Notes: generated by a model from the letters alone, not told the origin. Shown: positions 10,782-21,418, numbered from the stretch's first letter. The stretch: 63,817 nt of DNA from a bacterium (GCA_021780115.1 JAJXZI010000174.1:1-63817); one strand, 5' to 3'. Made by a program: numbers and translations.

Positions 10782-11513
10782 GTGATTCCGGCCGCTGAAT
10801 TGAAATCGCTCAACGAGCGCTTCAACCAGCAACCCACCGAGGAGATTCTTCGTTGGGCCTGGGAGCGCTTCGGTGCGCGCGCCGCCCTCGGCACGAGCTT
10901 TCAGGGCGCGGGATTGGTGATGATCCATCTGGCGAAGGAGCGCGGTCTGCGCCTCCCGATCTTCACTTTGGACACCGGTTTGCTCTTCGCCGAAACGCTG
11001 GCCCTCAAGGCGCGGTTGGAGGATTTCTTTGGCCAATCCATCGACTCATTGGAGCCGGACCTGACCGTGGAGGAACAAGCCGACATCCACGGTCCGGAGC
11101 TTTGGAAACGGCAACCCGACCTGTGCTGTACCGTGCGCAAAGTCCTGCCGTTGCGCGACAAGCTCGCCGGGTTGGACTGCTGGATCACCGGCCTGCGCCG
11201 CCAGCAATCGGACACCCGTGCCGGCATTGACATCGTGGAAGTCTATGTGTTCGACGAGGACAGCGGCCGCGAGATCGTGAAACTGAATCCGATGGCCAAC
11301 TGGACGCGGGAAGCGGTCTGGGATTACCTCCACCAGCATGGCATTCCTTACAATCCGCTGCACGACCGCGGCTATCGGAGCATCGGCTGCTGGCCCTGCA
11401 CGCGGGCGGCCGGCAACGGCGCGGGCGAACGCGCCGGCCGCTGGACCGGCTTCAACAAAGTCGAATGCGGCATTCACACGTTCCTGCCCAAGAAAGTGGA
11501 TTTTCAGATTTAA
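10782..11513 (+). CDS. cysH: (Phospho)adenylylsulfate reductase, Fe-S (APS reductase) type
   Basis: [38 protein letters not shown]-terminal ECGIH; GTG start inferred. Confidence 0.92.
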   Translation: MIPAAELKSLNERFNQQPTEEILRWAWERFGARAALGTSFQGAGLVMIHLAKERGLRLPIFTLDTGLLFAETLALKARLEDFFGQSIDSLEPDLTVEEQADIHGPELWKRQPDLCCTVRKVLPLRDKLAGLDCWITGLRRQQSDTRAGIDIVEVYVFDEDSGREIVKLNPMANWTREAVWDYLHQHGIPYNPLHDRGYRSIGCWPCTRAAGNGAGERAGRWTGFNKVECGIHTFLPKKVDFQI

Positions 11514-11526
11514 CCGGAGCACCCCA

Positions 11527-12345
11527 ATGCCGATGGACCCTCTTTCCAAACTCGAAAACCAATCCATCTACATCTTCCGCGAGGCGTTCAACAAATTCGA
11601 GCACCTCGCCATGCTCTGGAGCATCGGCAAGGACTCCACGGTGTTGTTGTGGCTGGCTCGCAAGGCCTTTTTCGGGCACGTCCCATTCCCCTTGGTCCAC
11701 GTCGATACGACTTACAAGATTCCAAGCATGATCGAATATCGCGACCAGCTTGTCCGCGAATGGAAGCTCGAACTGGTGGTCGGCAAGAACGAGGAAGTCC
11801 TTCGCGCGGGGCGCACCTTTCCCAACGGCCAGGCGACGCGCGTGGAGTGCTGCGGCACGTTGAAGAAGGACGCGCTCAAGGCGGTCTTGGACAAACACCA
11901 TTTCAACGGCGTTATCGTCGGCGTCCGGCGCGACGAGGAACCGACGCGGGCCAAGGAGCGTTACTTCAGCCCGCGCGACAAGAACATGGAGTGGAACGTC
12001 GCGGACCAACCCCCGGAGTTATGGGACCAGTTCAAGACCGACTTCGAGAAGGGTGCGCACATCCGCATCCATCCGCTGTTGCACTGGACCGAGTTGAACA
12101 TCTGGGAGTATATCGAGCGGGAGAACATTCCGATCATTCCGCTCTACTTTGCCAACGGCCAGGGCGAGCGGTACCGCAGCATCGGCTGCTTTCCCTGCAC
12201 CTTCCCGATCAAGTCGAACGCGCGCACCGTCCGCGAAATCATCGAGGAACTGCGCCACACGAACACACCCGAGCGCGCCGGCCGCGCCCAGGACAAGGAA
12301 AGCGAGGACGCCTTTGAGAAGCTCCGCCGCGACGGTTACATGTGA
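11527..12345 (+). CDS. cysD: Sulfate adenylyltransferase subunit 2
   Basis: [58 protein letters not shown]. Confidence 0.93.
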   Translation: MPMDPLSKLENQSIYIFREAFNKFEHLAMLWSIGKDSTVLLWLARKAFFGHVPFPLVHVDTTYKIPSMIEYRDQLVREWKLELVVGKNEEVLRAGRTFPNGQATRVECCGTLKKDALKAVLDKHHFNGVIVGVRRDEEPTRAKERYFSPRDKNMEWNVADQPPELWDQFKTDFEKGAHIRIHPLLHWTELNIWEYIERENIPIIPLYFANGQGERYRSIGCFPCTFPIKSNARTVREIIEELRHTNTPERAGRAQDKESEDAFEKLRRDGYM

Positions 12346-12352
12346 GACCCCG

Positions 12353-14254
12353 ATGAGCGCCGCCATTTCCATGGCTCCCACCGAGCAACTTAAAATCGTC
12401 ATCGTGGGCCACGTCGATCACGGCAAGTCCACCTTCGTGGGCCGGCTGTTCCACGACACCGGCTCGCTGCCCGAAGGCAAGCTCGAACAACTCCAGCACA
12501 TCGCCGAGCGCCGCGGCGTGCCCTTCGAGTGGGCCAACCTCATGGACGCCCTCCAGTCCGAGCGCGACCAGAACATCACCATCGACACCGCGCAGATCTG
12601 GTTCCAGACCCAGAAGCGCCAGTACGTCATCATCGACGCCCCCGGCCACAAGGAGTTTCTCAAAAACATGGTCACCGGGGCCGCCAACGCCGAGGCCGCG
12701 CTGCTGGTGATCGACGCCCATGAAGGCGTGCAGGAAAACTCCCGCCGGCACGGCTACCTGCTCAACCTGCTCGGCATCCGTCAGATCGCCGTGCTCGTGA
12801 ACAAGATGGACCTGGAGGACTACTCGCAGGCGCGCTTCCAGCACGTCGAGACCGAGTATCGTGCCTGGCTCAAGTCGATCCACGTCGAGCCGAAGGTCTT
12901 CATCCCCATCGCCGCCAAGCAGGGCGACAACATCGCGTCGCGCAGCGCCCACACGCCGTGGTGGACCGGGCCGACGGTGTTGGAAACGCTCGATGACTTC
13001 AGAGTCTCCGAGCCGCCGGACGGCCAGCCGCTGCGTTTCCCGATCCAGGACGTGTACCGTTTTGATGATCGCCGGATTCTCGCCGGTCGCGTCGAGAGCG
13101 GCACCATCCAGGTCGGCGACAAGCTCATTTTCCATCCGAGTAACAAGACCAGCTCGGTGAAATCCATTGAGCGCTGGAATGTGGTTGGGACGGCTCCCGC
13201 CGGCGCCGGCGAATCCATTGGCATCACGCTGACCGAACAAATTTTCGTGGAGCGCGGGGCCATCGCCGCGCACGAGACCGCGCCACCCTACGAACTGACG
13301 AAATTCAAGGCCCGCCTCTTCTGGCTGGGTCGGCAGCCGCTCCAACAAGGCCGGTCCTACAAGTTGAAGCTCGCGACGCAGGAGGCCGAGGTGGCCCTCG
13401 ACGCCCTCGACCGCGTGCTCGACGCCTCGACGCTGCAGGTGATTCAGCGCCCCAACGGCGAGGCGTTGGTGGCCCGCCATGAAGTCGCGGAGTTGACCTT
13501 GCGCACGAAACGGCCGATCGCCTTCGACGCGGTCAGCGAGATCATCCCCACCGGCCGCTTCGTCATCGTGGACGGCTTCGACGTGGCCGGCGGCGGCATC
13601 ATCGTGGATGACAACTACCCGCGGCGCACGGCCGACTCGCTGCACAAGAGCCACGACATATATTGGAGCCACGGCAAAGTGACGACCGCGCAGCGCGCCG
13701 GACGCAACAGCCATGCCGGCTGCGTTGTCTGGTTCACCGGCCTTTCCGGCTCCGGCAAATCGACGATCTCCACCGAACTGGAGCGCGAACTGTTCAACCT
13801 GGGCAAGCACGCTTATGTTCTCGACGGCGATAACATCCGCCACGGCCTCAACTCCGACCTGGGCTTCTCGCCCAAGGACCGCAAGGAAAACATCCGCCGC
13901 ATCGGCGAGGTCGCCAAGCTCTTCGCCGACGCGGGCTTGATCTGCATTACTGCTTTTATCTCGCCCTATCGGGGCGACCGCGACCTCGTGCGGCAAATGC
14001 TCGGGCCCGGCCAGTTCATCGAGGTCTTTGTCAATGCCCCGATGGACCTGTGCGAGCGACGTGATCCGAAGGGCCTCTACGCCAAAGCCAAGGCCGGCCA
14101 GATCAAGGAATTCACCGGCATCTCCGCGCCTTACGAGGCGCCGGAGAAGCCGGAGATCGAGTTGCGCACCGACCGGCTCTCGGTGGCCGAGTCGGTCACC
14201 ACGATCCTGGAGTATCTCAACGTTCTCGACACCAGCGGCGCAGTCATGATCTGA
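12353..14254 (+). CDS. cysNC: Bifunctional sulfate adenylyltransferase subunit 1 / adenylylsulfate kinase
   Basis: [18 protein letters not shown] GTPase motifs; C-terminal [32 protein letters not shown] kinase domain. Confidence 0.95.
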   Translation: MSAAISMAPTEQLKIVIVGHVDHGKSTFVGRLFHDTGSLPEGKLEQLQHIAERRGVPFEWANLMDALQSERDQNITIDTAQIWFQTQKRQYVIIDAPGHKEFLKNMVTGAANAEAALLVIDAHEGVQENSRRHGYLLNLLGIRQIAVLVNKMDLEDYSQARFQHVETEYRAWLKSIHVEPKVFIPIAAKQGDNIASRSAHTPWWTGPTVLETLDDFRVSEPPDGQPLRFPIQDVYRFDDRRILAGRVESGTIQVGDKLIFHPSNKTSSVKSIERWNVVGTAPAGAGESIGITLTEQIFVERGAIAAHETAPPYELTKFKARLFWLGRQPLQQGRSYKLKLATQEAEVALDALDRVLDASTLQVIQRPNGEALVARHEVAELTLRTKRPIAFDAVSEIIPTGRFVIVDGFDVAGGGIIVDDNYPRRTADSLHKSHDIYWSHGKVTTAQRAGRNSHAGCVVWFTGLSGSGKSTISTELERELFNLGKHAYVLDGDNIRHGLNSDLGFSPKDRKENIRRIGEVAKLFADAGLICITAFISPYRGDRDLVRQMLGPGQFIEVFVNAPMDLCERRDPKGLYAKAKAGQIKEFTGISAPYEAPEKPEIELRTDRLSVAESVTTILEYLNVLDTSGAVMI

Positions 14255-14458
14255 TTTCAGTGCCGGCGGAGGCTGTCCGCAGATTCAGGGACGACCGTAG
14301 ATGACTGGAGACTCTCTGTGGCCGGCCCCGAATCGGCGGGGGATTCCTTCAGCCGGTTGAGCGGTCGGGGCACGCTGTTGGTCTCCAGTTGTCCCTTGTT
14401 GCCAGCTGGGCGGATGGTTCGCATGAATCGGCTTGGTTGGTTCCGCGTCAAGACATCC

Positions 14459-15820
14459 ATGTTCACGCATTGTGTGCTTGCCCCATCTGAGCCGCGCCGG
14501 TCAGCCACCCAGAGCGTTCCGGTCACTTGGGGAATCCTTCTGTTCCTGTCCGCCATTCCGCCGACAGCCGCCGCCAACGAGGTCGCCGCCGTCGGCGTCC
14601 GTGATTTTCTCGACTCCATCGGAGTGTGTACCCACATCGGCCAAGGGATCGACAATCCGTCGCCGAGCGCCACCGCGCTGGCGTATGCCGGCATCCGCAA
14701 CATCCGGGACGACGGGAATCCCCGCCACCTACAGGATTGGATTTCGGTCCACTATCAAGCCGGCGTCGAGGTGGTGTTGACCCAGAGCGGCCCTGACGAC
14801 GAGGCCATCCCCCGTCCCATCAGTATGTCCCGGCAGCTCGCGGCGGCCGGAGCATTGTTGGCGATGGAAGGTCCCAATGAGCCCAATAACTGGGCCGTCA
14901 CGTATCAGGGACAGAAGTCAAAGGGCGACGCGACGTTCCTACCGGTCGCGCGCTGGCAACGGGAGTTTTATGCCAAGGTCAAAAGCGATCCAGTCTTGCA
15001 GCACTACCCCGTTTTCCATTCCAGCGAGGCCGGGGGAAGCGAGCCGGACAACGTCGGACTCCAGTTCCTGACCATCCCGACGGGCGCGGGCACCCTGATG
15101 CCGGACGGCACGCGGTACGCCGATTACGCCAACGTCCACAATTACATCTGCCGCCGGCCGGCCATCATCGACAACATGGCCTGGCTGAACGCCGATCCGC
15201 TGTTCCACGATTGGTCCGACGGGATCTACGTCGAGTATGGCAAGACTTGGCGCAAAGGTTTCGCCGGCTATTCCAACGCCCAGTTGGCGACGCTGCCGAG
15301 GGTCACGACAGAAACCGGCTGGGCGACGGGCGGCAAGAACCTAACCCAGGAGCAGCAAGGCCGGCTCTACCTGAATCTCTACCTGGCGCAGTTCAAGCAA
15401 GGATTCAAATACACCTTCATCTACATGCTGCGGGATGCCGGCGGTTCGGACGCGGGCTATGGCCTGTTCGACGCCGACTATCATCCAAAGCAGTCCGCGA
15501 CCTATCTTCACAACCTGACGGCGATCCTGTCCGACAACGGCGTCGCCCGACCGGGAAAGCTCCGTTACACAATCCCGAACCCACCCGCCACCGTGCATGA
15601 CCTGCTGTTGCGAAAGAGCAACGGTGCCTTTGAGTTGGCCGTGTGGAACGAAAGGGTCAACGGTACGAACGATGTGACGGTGGACCTGGGCGGCACTCAT
15701 CGGTTGGTGAAGGTGTTCGATCCGACGATCGGCATCGCCCCAATCCAGACCTACGCCAAAGCCCGCTCGGTCCCGTTGACATTGAGCGATCATCCCGTGG
15801 TGATGGAGATATCGGGTTGA
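14459..15820 (+). CDS. Secreted glycoside hydrolase-like protein (clan GH-A-like barrel)
   Basis: Signal-peptide-like segment, FLDSIGVCTH, EGPNEP (acid/base) and VTTETGW (nucleophile) motifs; start uncertain. Confidence 0.7.
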   Translation: MFTHCVLAPSEPRRSATQSVPVTWGILLFLSAIPPTAAANEVAAVGVRDFLDSIGVCTHIGQGIDNPSPSATALAYAGIRNIRDDGNPRHLQDWISVHYQAGVEVVLTQSGPDDEAIPRPISMSRQLAAAGALLAMEGPNEPNNWAVTYQGQKSKGDATFLPVARWQREFYAKVKSDPVLQHYPVFHSSEAGGSEPDNVGLQFLTIPTGAGTLMPDGTRYADYANVHNYICRRPAIIDNMAWLNADPLFHDWSDGIYVEYGKTWRKGFAGYSNAQLATLPRVTTETGWATGGKNLTQEQQGRLYLNLYLAQFKQGFKYTFIYMLRDAGGSDAGYGLFDADYHPKQSATYLHNLTAILSDNGVARPGKLRYTIPNPPATVHDLLLRKSNGAFELAVWNERVNGTNDVTVDLGGTHRLVKVFDPTIGIAPIQTYAKARSVPLTLSDHPVVMEISG

Positions 15821-16190
15821 CCCGGTTGGATGGACACCTTGGGGGCGGGGCGCTCAGAATAAGCGTCGATGAACAGAACCAAAGTGACGGAGAACCGGAA
15901 CGCCTCAATGACCACGCTGGGCCCCAAGCCAAGCACTTTGACGGGGCCTTCAAGCAACCCGCCGTCGAACATCGGCTCCAGAACGACCAGCCCGGCCCGC
16001 AGATTGCCGCCGAACTGGGGATCCACTACCCCGGCCTCAAAGACTGGAAGCGCCGCCACTGCGGCGACGCGGTGCCTATGCGGGCCCGTTGGGTGGCGGA
16101 GAACCGTGCCCTCAAGGCCGAACCGGCCCGGGTGCGCGCACAACGGGAAATTCTAAAGAAGGTGTGCGGGAGTCTGGGACACGGTGTCCC
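15818..16190 (+). mobile_element. Degenerate IS3-family remnant (OrfA HTH fragment)
   Basis: KHFDGAFKQPAVEH...QIAAELGIHYPGLKDWKRR...AENRALKAEPARVRAQREILKK resembles IS3 OrfA (HTH plus coiled coil); tgacc...ggacacc left end and ggtgtcc near 16183; no OrfB. Confidence 0.7.
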
Positions 16191-16301
16191 CTCGTCCTCC
16201 AAGAGCCGGACAGAATCGAGGACAAGCATGAACCGCACACATAGTTGGAGGTTTCATGCCCCCCTCACGGCCCGTCGCCGCGCTCCTGGCGAGCGATTGG
16301 G

Positions 16302-17222
16302 TCAAATGTGGGTCTCGCCTGCCGCCTCCGCGCGGCCCTTTTTGGGCAGCACGCGAACGCGCACGTCCTCCATCAACACCAGCGAATCGGGCGGTACACT
16401 CTGCAGTAGGAACACGTTTGCCCCGATGGTGCTGCCGGCGCCGATCACGGTCTCCCCGCCGACGATCGTGGCCCCGGCGTAAATCGTCACGCGGTCTTCC
16501 ACCGTCGGGTGCCGTTTCTTGCCGCGCAGCAGGCGCCCGGCGGACAGGGAGCGCGCCACCAAGCCGACGCCCTGGTACATCTTGACATGGTTGCCGATGA
16601 CCGCGGTTTCACCGACCACGGTGCCAGTGCAGTGATCCACAAAAAAATGCGTGCCAATCTCGGCCCCCGGATGCAAGTCCATGCCCGTCCGCCGGTGCGC
16701 CCACTCGGTCATGATGCGCGGGAGGAGCGGGACGTTCCGGCGGTACAGCTCGTGCGCCACGCGCTGCACGGCGATGGTCTCGATGAAGGGGTAGGCGAGA
16801 ATGACCTCCTCGCGGCTCAGTGCCGCCGGATCGCCGTTGTAGGCCGCCTCGGTGTCCGTTTGCAGCAACTCGCGGACGCGCGGCAGGTAGTCCAGAAACT
16901 CCAGTGTCACCGCGCGGGCGTGCGACCGCACCTCCTTCTTCGGCAGGTCGGACGGTGGATTGTACTCGAAACTCTTGCGGATTTCCTCTTCCAGGCTGGC
17001 CGCCACCGCATCCAGCCGCGTCGCGGTTTCCACCTTGATCTCGGAAGAATGCAGCACCCGTTCGTCGAAAAAGCCCGGGAACAGCAGTCGCAGCAGATCC
17101 TGGGTGATCGCCGCGATGACGCTCTGGGCCGGGAGGTTCTTGCCGTCGAGGTGGTTGATCCCGCCGACGCGGGCATAGGACGCCACGAGCCGCTCGGTCA
17201 ATTGCGTGACGGTCAGTTGCAC
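16302..17222 (-). CDS. cysE: Serine O-acetyltransferase (EpsC/CysE type)
   Basis: AAYNGDPAA, PRIMTEWAHRRTGMDLHPGAEIG, FFVDHCTGTVVGETAVIG, KRHPTVED; GTG start inferred. Confidence 0.92.
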   Translation of the reverse strand: MQLTVTQLTERLVASYARVGGINHLDGKNLPAQSVIAAITQDLLRLLFPGFFDERVLHSSEIKVETATRLDAVAASLEEEIRKSFEYNPPSDLPKKEVRSHARAVTLEFLDYLPRVRELLQTDTEAAYNGDPAALSREEVILAYPFIETIAVQRVAHELYRRNVPLLPRIMTEWAHRRTGMDLHPGAEIGTHFFVDHCTGTVVGETAVIGNHVKMYQGVGLVARSLSAGRLLRGKKRHPTVEDRVTIYAGATIVGGETVIGAGSTIGANVFLLQSVPPDSLVLMEDVRVRVLPKKGRAEAAGETHI

Positions 17223-17293
17223 GACCGCAGTATTTGGCAGCGGGCCGGGGAAGGCAAGAAAGCGGAATCCCCTCCGACCTGAAGCACAAACGC

Positions 17294-18628
17294 CTATGCC
17301 CCCGACTCCGCGCGCTCGTCGGACGGCTCCCTGGCAGCCAGGGCTTCCATGACCGCCTCGACAACGCGGGGAACCGTGATCCCGTTCAGGCAGCGGAAAT
17401 CGATCGGGCACTCCCGGCGAAAACAGGGCGAACAGGGCGCGGCCGATTTCAAGAGCCGATGCCGCGGCTCGCCGGGCAGGCCGGGGCCGGTCAACTCCGG
17501 CGAAGTGCTGCCAAACGGAGCGACGACCGGAGTGCCGACCGCGGCGGCGACATGCATCGGCCCGGTGTCGTTCGTGAGCGCCGCGTCACACACCTTCAGC
17601 GCGGCGCACAACTCGCGGAGCGAGGTCCGGCCGGCCAGATTGCGGACCGGCGATGGCGGATGGCCGATGGCCGATTCAATCGCGCGCGCCAGCGGCATGT
17701 CGGCCTGACTGCCGAAGATGACGATGCCGCAACCGACCCGGCGCTGAAGCTCCCCGGCGGCGGCGATGAAATGCCCTTCCGGCCAGCGTTTGGCCGGGCC
17801 GTATTCGGCGCCGGGGATCAGGCCGAGCCAGCGCCGCGCCGCATCCAAGGCGAATTGCCGCCGGATCGCTTCGACTTCGTCGGCCGTGACGTAAAGGAAC
17901 GGCAGGACCGGATCTGGATTCGCCCCAAGCGCCGCGACGAGGCGGAGATACTCGCGCACTTGGTGCGCTTGGGGATGGGCGATTGCCGGTGGCCGATGGT
18001 CGATGGGAACCGCACTGGCCGCGGCAGCGACGAGCCCGCGAATTTCCCGCGATGAGCGTTTGCGCATCTCGAGGCGTTCCGGACGCGGCGGAATCGCTTG
18101 CGTCAGAAACCCATTCCGCCAGGGACGCGCGTAGCCGATACGGTGCGGAATCCGCGCCAGCCACGCTTCCAACGCCGAGCGTGGTGAGTTCGGCAAGATG
18201 AGCGCCACATCGAACAACTGCTCGCGTACCCGCCCGGCCGCTTCCGACACGGCGGCGGCGGCCCCCTCCACCAACACCTTGCCAACGGCTGCTTTGCGAA
18301 CGTCCCGGATGACCTCGGCCGTGGCCGCTTCAAATGCCTTGGCCCCCTCGCGGAATCCTTGGATGACCGCGGGCAACCGCAGCCGCCGCGCGACGGAAAG
18401 CACGCTCTCCCCTCGGCGGTAAGTCAGGACCGCGTCGATGTCCGGATGCTGGAGCCAGAGATCCTTCAGCTTCTCGTGCGTCAACAACGTGATGTGCGCC
18501 TGCGGTTGCGCCTCACGGAGCCGATGCAAGGCGGGCGTCGTCATCACGGCGTCGCCCAGCCAGTTGACGCCGCGCACCAGGATGCGGCGCGGGTGGAGGA
18601 GCGTGGATGAAATCGGGCGTTGGGCCAT
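17294..18628 (-). CDS. waaF: Lipopolysaccharide heptosyltransferase II (GT9) with internal insertions
   Basis: RGVNWLGDAVMT, PGAEYGPAKRWP, NLAGRTSL, TNDTGPMHVAAAVG, FGSTSP, CSPCFRRECP. Confidence 0.9.
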   Translation of the reverse strand: MAQRPISSTLLHPRRILVRGVNWLGDAVMTTPALHRLREAQPQAHITLLTHEKLKDLWLQHPDIDAVLTYRRGESVLSVARRLRLPAVIQGFREGAKAFEAATAEVIRDVRKAAVGKVLVEGAAAAVSEAAGRVREQLFDVALILPNSPRSALEAWLARIPHRIGYARPWRNGFLTQAIPPRPERLEMRKRSSREIRGLVAAAASAVPIDHRPPAIAHPQAHQVREYLRLVAALGANPDPVLPFLYVTADEVEAIRRQFALDAARRWLGLIPGAEYGPAKRWPEGHFIAAAGELQRRVGCGIVIFGSQADMPLARAIESAIGHPPSPVRNLAGRTSLRELCAALKVCDAALTNDTGPMHVAAAVGTPVVAPFGSTSPELTGPGLPGEPRHRLLKSAAPCSPCFRRECPIDFRCLNGITVPRVVEAVMEALAAREPSDERAESGA

Positions 18629-18764
18629 GCGCAGATTCTTCAAGCGCCTCCCGACTGATTCGCAGGCGAGTTTCCACCGCAGCCGCTAATGTTGGACCGG
18701 GAACGTTGAACCAGGAACGTCGCGCCCCGTCGCCGGGAAGTCGGGCCGTTTGTGGTTTGGGGTT

Positions 18765-19682
18765 TCATTCTTCCAGGGCCGCAGTGGGATGGCCGCGCGG
18801 TTCCCGCCCCGGCGTCTTCCACCGGTTGTGGACCCAGAACCAGTTGGCGGGATCGCGGCGCACCGCGACCTCGAAGGCGCGGTGGATGTCACCCATGATG
18901 TCGAGGGGCGGGCGCGCCCGGCCGTGCTCGCGGGTCGGAATTTCGTCGCCGACCTCGATGCGCCAGCGGGCGAGGCCCACGCGGTAACAAATGGCGGTGA
19001 ACAACGGGCAGCCGTAGCGCAACGCAAACACCGCGGGCCCCGTCGAAGTGCTGCCCTCGTGCCCCAGGAACGGCAGGCGGTAGCCGTTCTGGCCCGCGTG
19101 CTGGTCCGCCAGAAAGCCGAGGATGAGACCGCCCCGCTGCAGGGCGGCCTTGAGCGCGCGCCCCTCGGTGCGCCGCTCGAAATAGAGGCAGCCGGAACGC
19201 CCGCGCACTTGTTGCAGGAGGCGGTTCAAGGAGACCTGGGGCAATGCGCGGTAAGTCGTGGCGCACTGGTAGCCGGCGGACATCTCTCCGAACCGGGCAT
19301 ACAATTCAAAATTGCCGAAATGCCCGATGGCGACGAGCAGGTTGCGCCCCGGCTGCGCTGGCGCCGGTGGGATTTTCTCGACGCCGGCGAATTCGACGCG
19401 CGACCGGAGTGCCGCGAAGTTCATCGCCGCCGTCTTGATCGAGCTGGCGTAGTTCTCGCCGATGCGGCGGAAATTTTCCCGGGCGAGGGCGCGGAGTTCC
19501 GCGGCGGTCTTCTCCCGGCCAAAACACATCGTCAGGTTGCGCAGCACGACCCGCCGGTGCCGGGCGTCGAGCCGGTACGCCAGCGCGCCGCCGAGGCGGC
19601 CCAGGCGGGCGACGCAGGTCAGCGGCAGCGCCTGGAGGAGCGCCACCAGCGTTCGCGCCGCCAGGTAAAGCAACGGTTCCAT
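18765..19682 (-). CDS. Lipid A lauroyl/lysophospholipid acyltransferase (LpxL family)
   Basis: GHFGNFE, LADQHAG, RRDPANWFWVHNRWK; between lpxK and waaF. Confidence 0.88.
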   Translation of the reverse strand: MEPLLYLAARTLVALLQALPLTCVARLGRLGGALAYRLDARHRRVVLRNLTMCFGREKTAAELRALARENFRRIGENYASSIKTAAMNFAALRSRVEFAGVEKIPPAPAQPGRNLLVAIGHFGNFELYARFGEMSAGYQCATTYRALPQVSLNRLLQQVRGRSGCLYFERRTEGRALKAALQRGGLILGFLADQHAGQNGYRLPFLGHEGSTSTGPAVFALRYGCPLFTAICYRVGLARWRIEVGDEIPTREHGRARPPLDIMGDIHRAFEVAVRRDPANWFWVHNRWKTPGREPRGHPTAALEE

Positions 19683-19685
19683 GAC

Positions 19686-20858
19686 TCAGCGGAAACAGAT
19701 GCGCCGCACGCAGTCCTGAAAGTCGCTCGCCCCGCTGATGATCTTGATCTCGACGCGCATGAAGTAAATGGGCAGGTCGCGGCGGTCGATTTTGGGGAAG
19801 CGGACGGCGTCCTTTTGTGTGGTCAGGATCAACTCGGCCTGGCGCTTTTTGCCGCGGTTGATGGCCTTAAGGACCTCGATTTGGCGGAAGCGGTGGTGGT
19901 CGGCGAAGCGCTTGGAATAGACCAGCTCCGCGCCCAACCGCAACAGGCTGCCTTCGAAACTCTCCGGCTGGGCGATGCCGCTCAACGAGGCCACCTTGCG
20001 CCCTTTGATCAGTTCCAGCCCGTGGCGGTCGCCGGTGAAGACGTCCTCGAAATAGAGCGGGTGGTGGACGCACTCGATGATGCCGGCGCTCGGATTGTGT
20101 TCCGCAATCCGCGCCCGGAGCCGGGCGGTGTTGCCGTCGCTTTTGGTGATGAAGATGGTGCTGGCGCGGGCCAGGTGGGAGGCGGGCTCGCGGAGCGTGC
20201 CGCGCGGCAGGAGTTGTTCGTTGCCGAACGGCTGCTGGCAGTCCACCAGCACGATGTCATGCCGGCGGCCGGCCAGCCGCCAGTACTGAAAGCCGTCGTC
20301 GAGCAGGAGCGTGTCGCAGCCGAATTTCTCGATGGCGTAGCGGCCCGCCTTCACGCGGTCCTTGTCCACCAGCACGATCACGTCCTTGAGATTCGAGGCG
20401 AGCATGTAAGGCTCGTCGCCGGCGGTCTCCGAGTCCAGGAGCAGGTTCTTGCCGTCCGACACCACGCGCGGCGGGGTGGTTTCGTCGCGCAGGAACAGCT
20501 TGTTGAGCAACCGCCGGCCGAGGGGCGCCGGTCTGGAGCGGTAGCCGCGCGAGAGCACGGCCACGGTGCGCCCCTGGTCGCGGAGTTCGCGGGCGAATTT
20601 CTCCACCACCGGCGTCTTGCCGGTGCCCCCCACGGTCAGGTTGCCGATCGCGATCACCTGCACGCCCAGCGTCGCATCGCGGAGGAGGCGCAAGTCGTAG
20701 AGCAGGCGCCGCGTCTTGACCGCCACCTGGAAGACCTGCGACAGCCCGAACAACGCCCCGCGCGCCAGGGCCGCGCGCTTGCCGCTGCGCTGGCCCTGGA
20801 TCACTTCGAGGACGAAGGTCTCAACCGCTTCCGTCCAAGCTCGGAGTCTTTCCCGCAT
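19686..20858 (-). CDS. lpxK: Tetraacyldisaccharide 4'-kinase
   Basis: IGNLTVGGTGKTP, LSRGY, AGDEP, LLDDGFQ, LLPRGTLREP, FADHH, TTQKDAVR. Confidence 0.95.
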   Translation of the reverse strand: MRERLRAWTEAVETFVLEVIQGQRSGKRAALARGALFGLSQVFQVAVKTRRLLYDLRLLRDATLGVQVIAIGNLTVGGTGKTPVVEKFARELRDQGRTVAVLSRGYRSRPAPLGRRLLNKLFLRDETTPPRVVSDGKNLLLDSETAGDEPYMLASNLKDVIVLVDKDRVKAGRYAIEKFGCDTLLLDDGFQYWRLAGRRHDIVLVDCQQPFGNEQLLPRGTLREPASHLARASTIFITKSDGNTARLRARIAEHNPSAGIIECVHHPLYFEDVFTGDRHGLELIKGRKVASLSGIAQPESFEGSLLRLGAELVYSKRFADHHRFRQIEVLKAINRGKKRQAELILTTQKDAVRFPKIDRRDLPIYFMRVEIKIISGASDFQDCVRRICFR

Positions 20859-20924
20859 TCAGCCGGCGCAGTGTGGCAAAGGGCGGGCCGATTTCCAGCG
20901 CAATTGCGGGCCGGAGAGAACGCC

Positions 20925-21418
20925 GGGCGCATCTCATTTTCAGAGGGGTCGCCAGGGGGTGAATGGGGGAAGAGCAACGGCCAGCGTCCGTTGCGCCGGA
21001 AAGTTTCCAGGCCCATCAAGGCTTCGCCTCCCACGCCCGGGGCGGCGGCTTCCTCCTCTGGATGCAGGGCGTCGTCGTCGTCCAGTCGCGGGGGGGGGGC
21101 TTGGGTCAAAGGGTTCCCCGGCACAGTCAGACCCAGACCGCCCGTCGGCCACCCCCAGCACTGGGGCCGCTGGCACCAGTCCGTGGCGTTGGGCTTGGGC
21201 AAACAGTTGTTCGCCTAAGGCCTCCACGCCGGGCCGGGTCATCACCGTGCCCCGGCTCCATATCCGGGGCCGGCCGCCCGCGCTGGAGACCCGTTGATCC
21301 CGCCGGCAGCAAGTGCCGCCATAGACCCCAGGCCACCGCTGCGGGCGCGACGGTTCCGGTTGAAAGCGGCTGGGATTGAATTCTTGACGCTTGATGCGAA
21401 GCAACTCACGCGACGCCC
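20925..21418 (-). mobile_element. Internally deleted ISKra4-like insertion sequence remnant
   Basis: Minus-strand fragments WPGVYGGTC.R.DQRV..AGGRP...RG.VMTR...EALGEQLFAQAQRHGL....VLGVADG and EALMGLETFRRNGRWPLLFPH resemble ISKra4 DDE transposases; GGGCG at both ends in inverted orientation. Confidence 0.6.

Noticed and set aside
20925..21418. Structured ncRNA (RNase P or tmRNA) in the long intergenic gap
   Set aside because: No conserved rnpB or tmRNA motifs were found; transposase-like fragments explain it better
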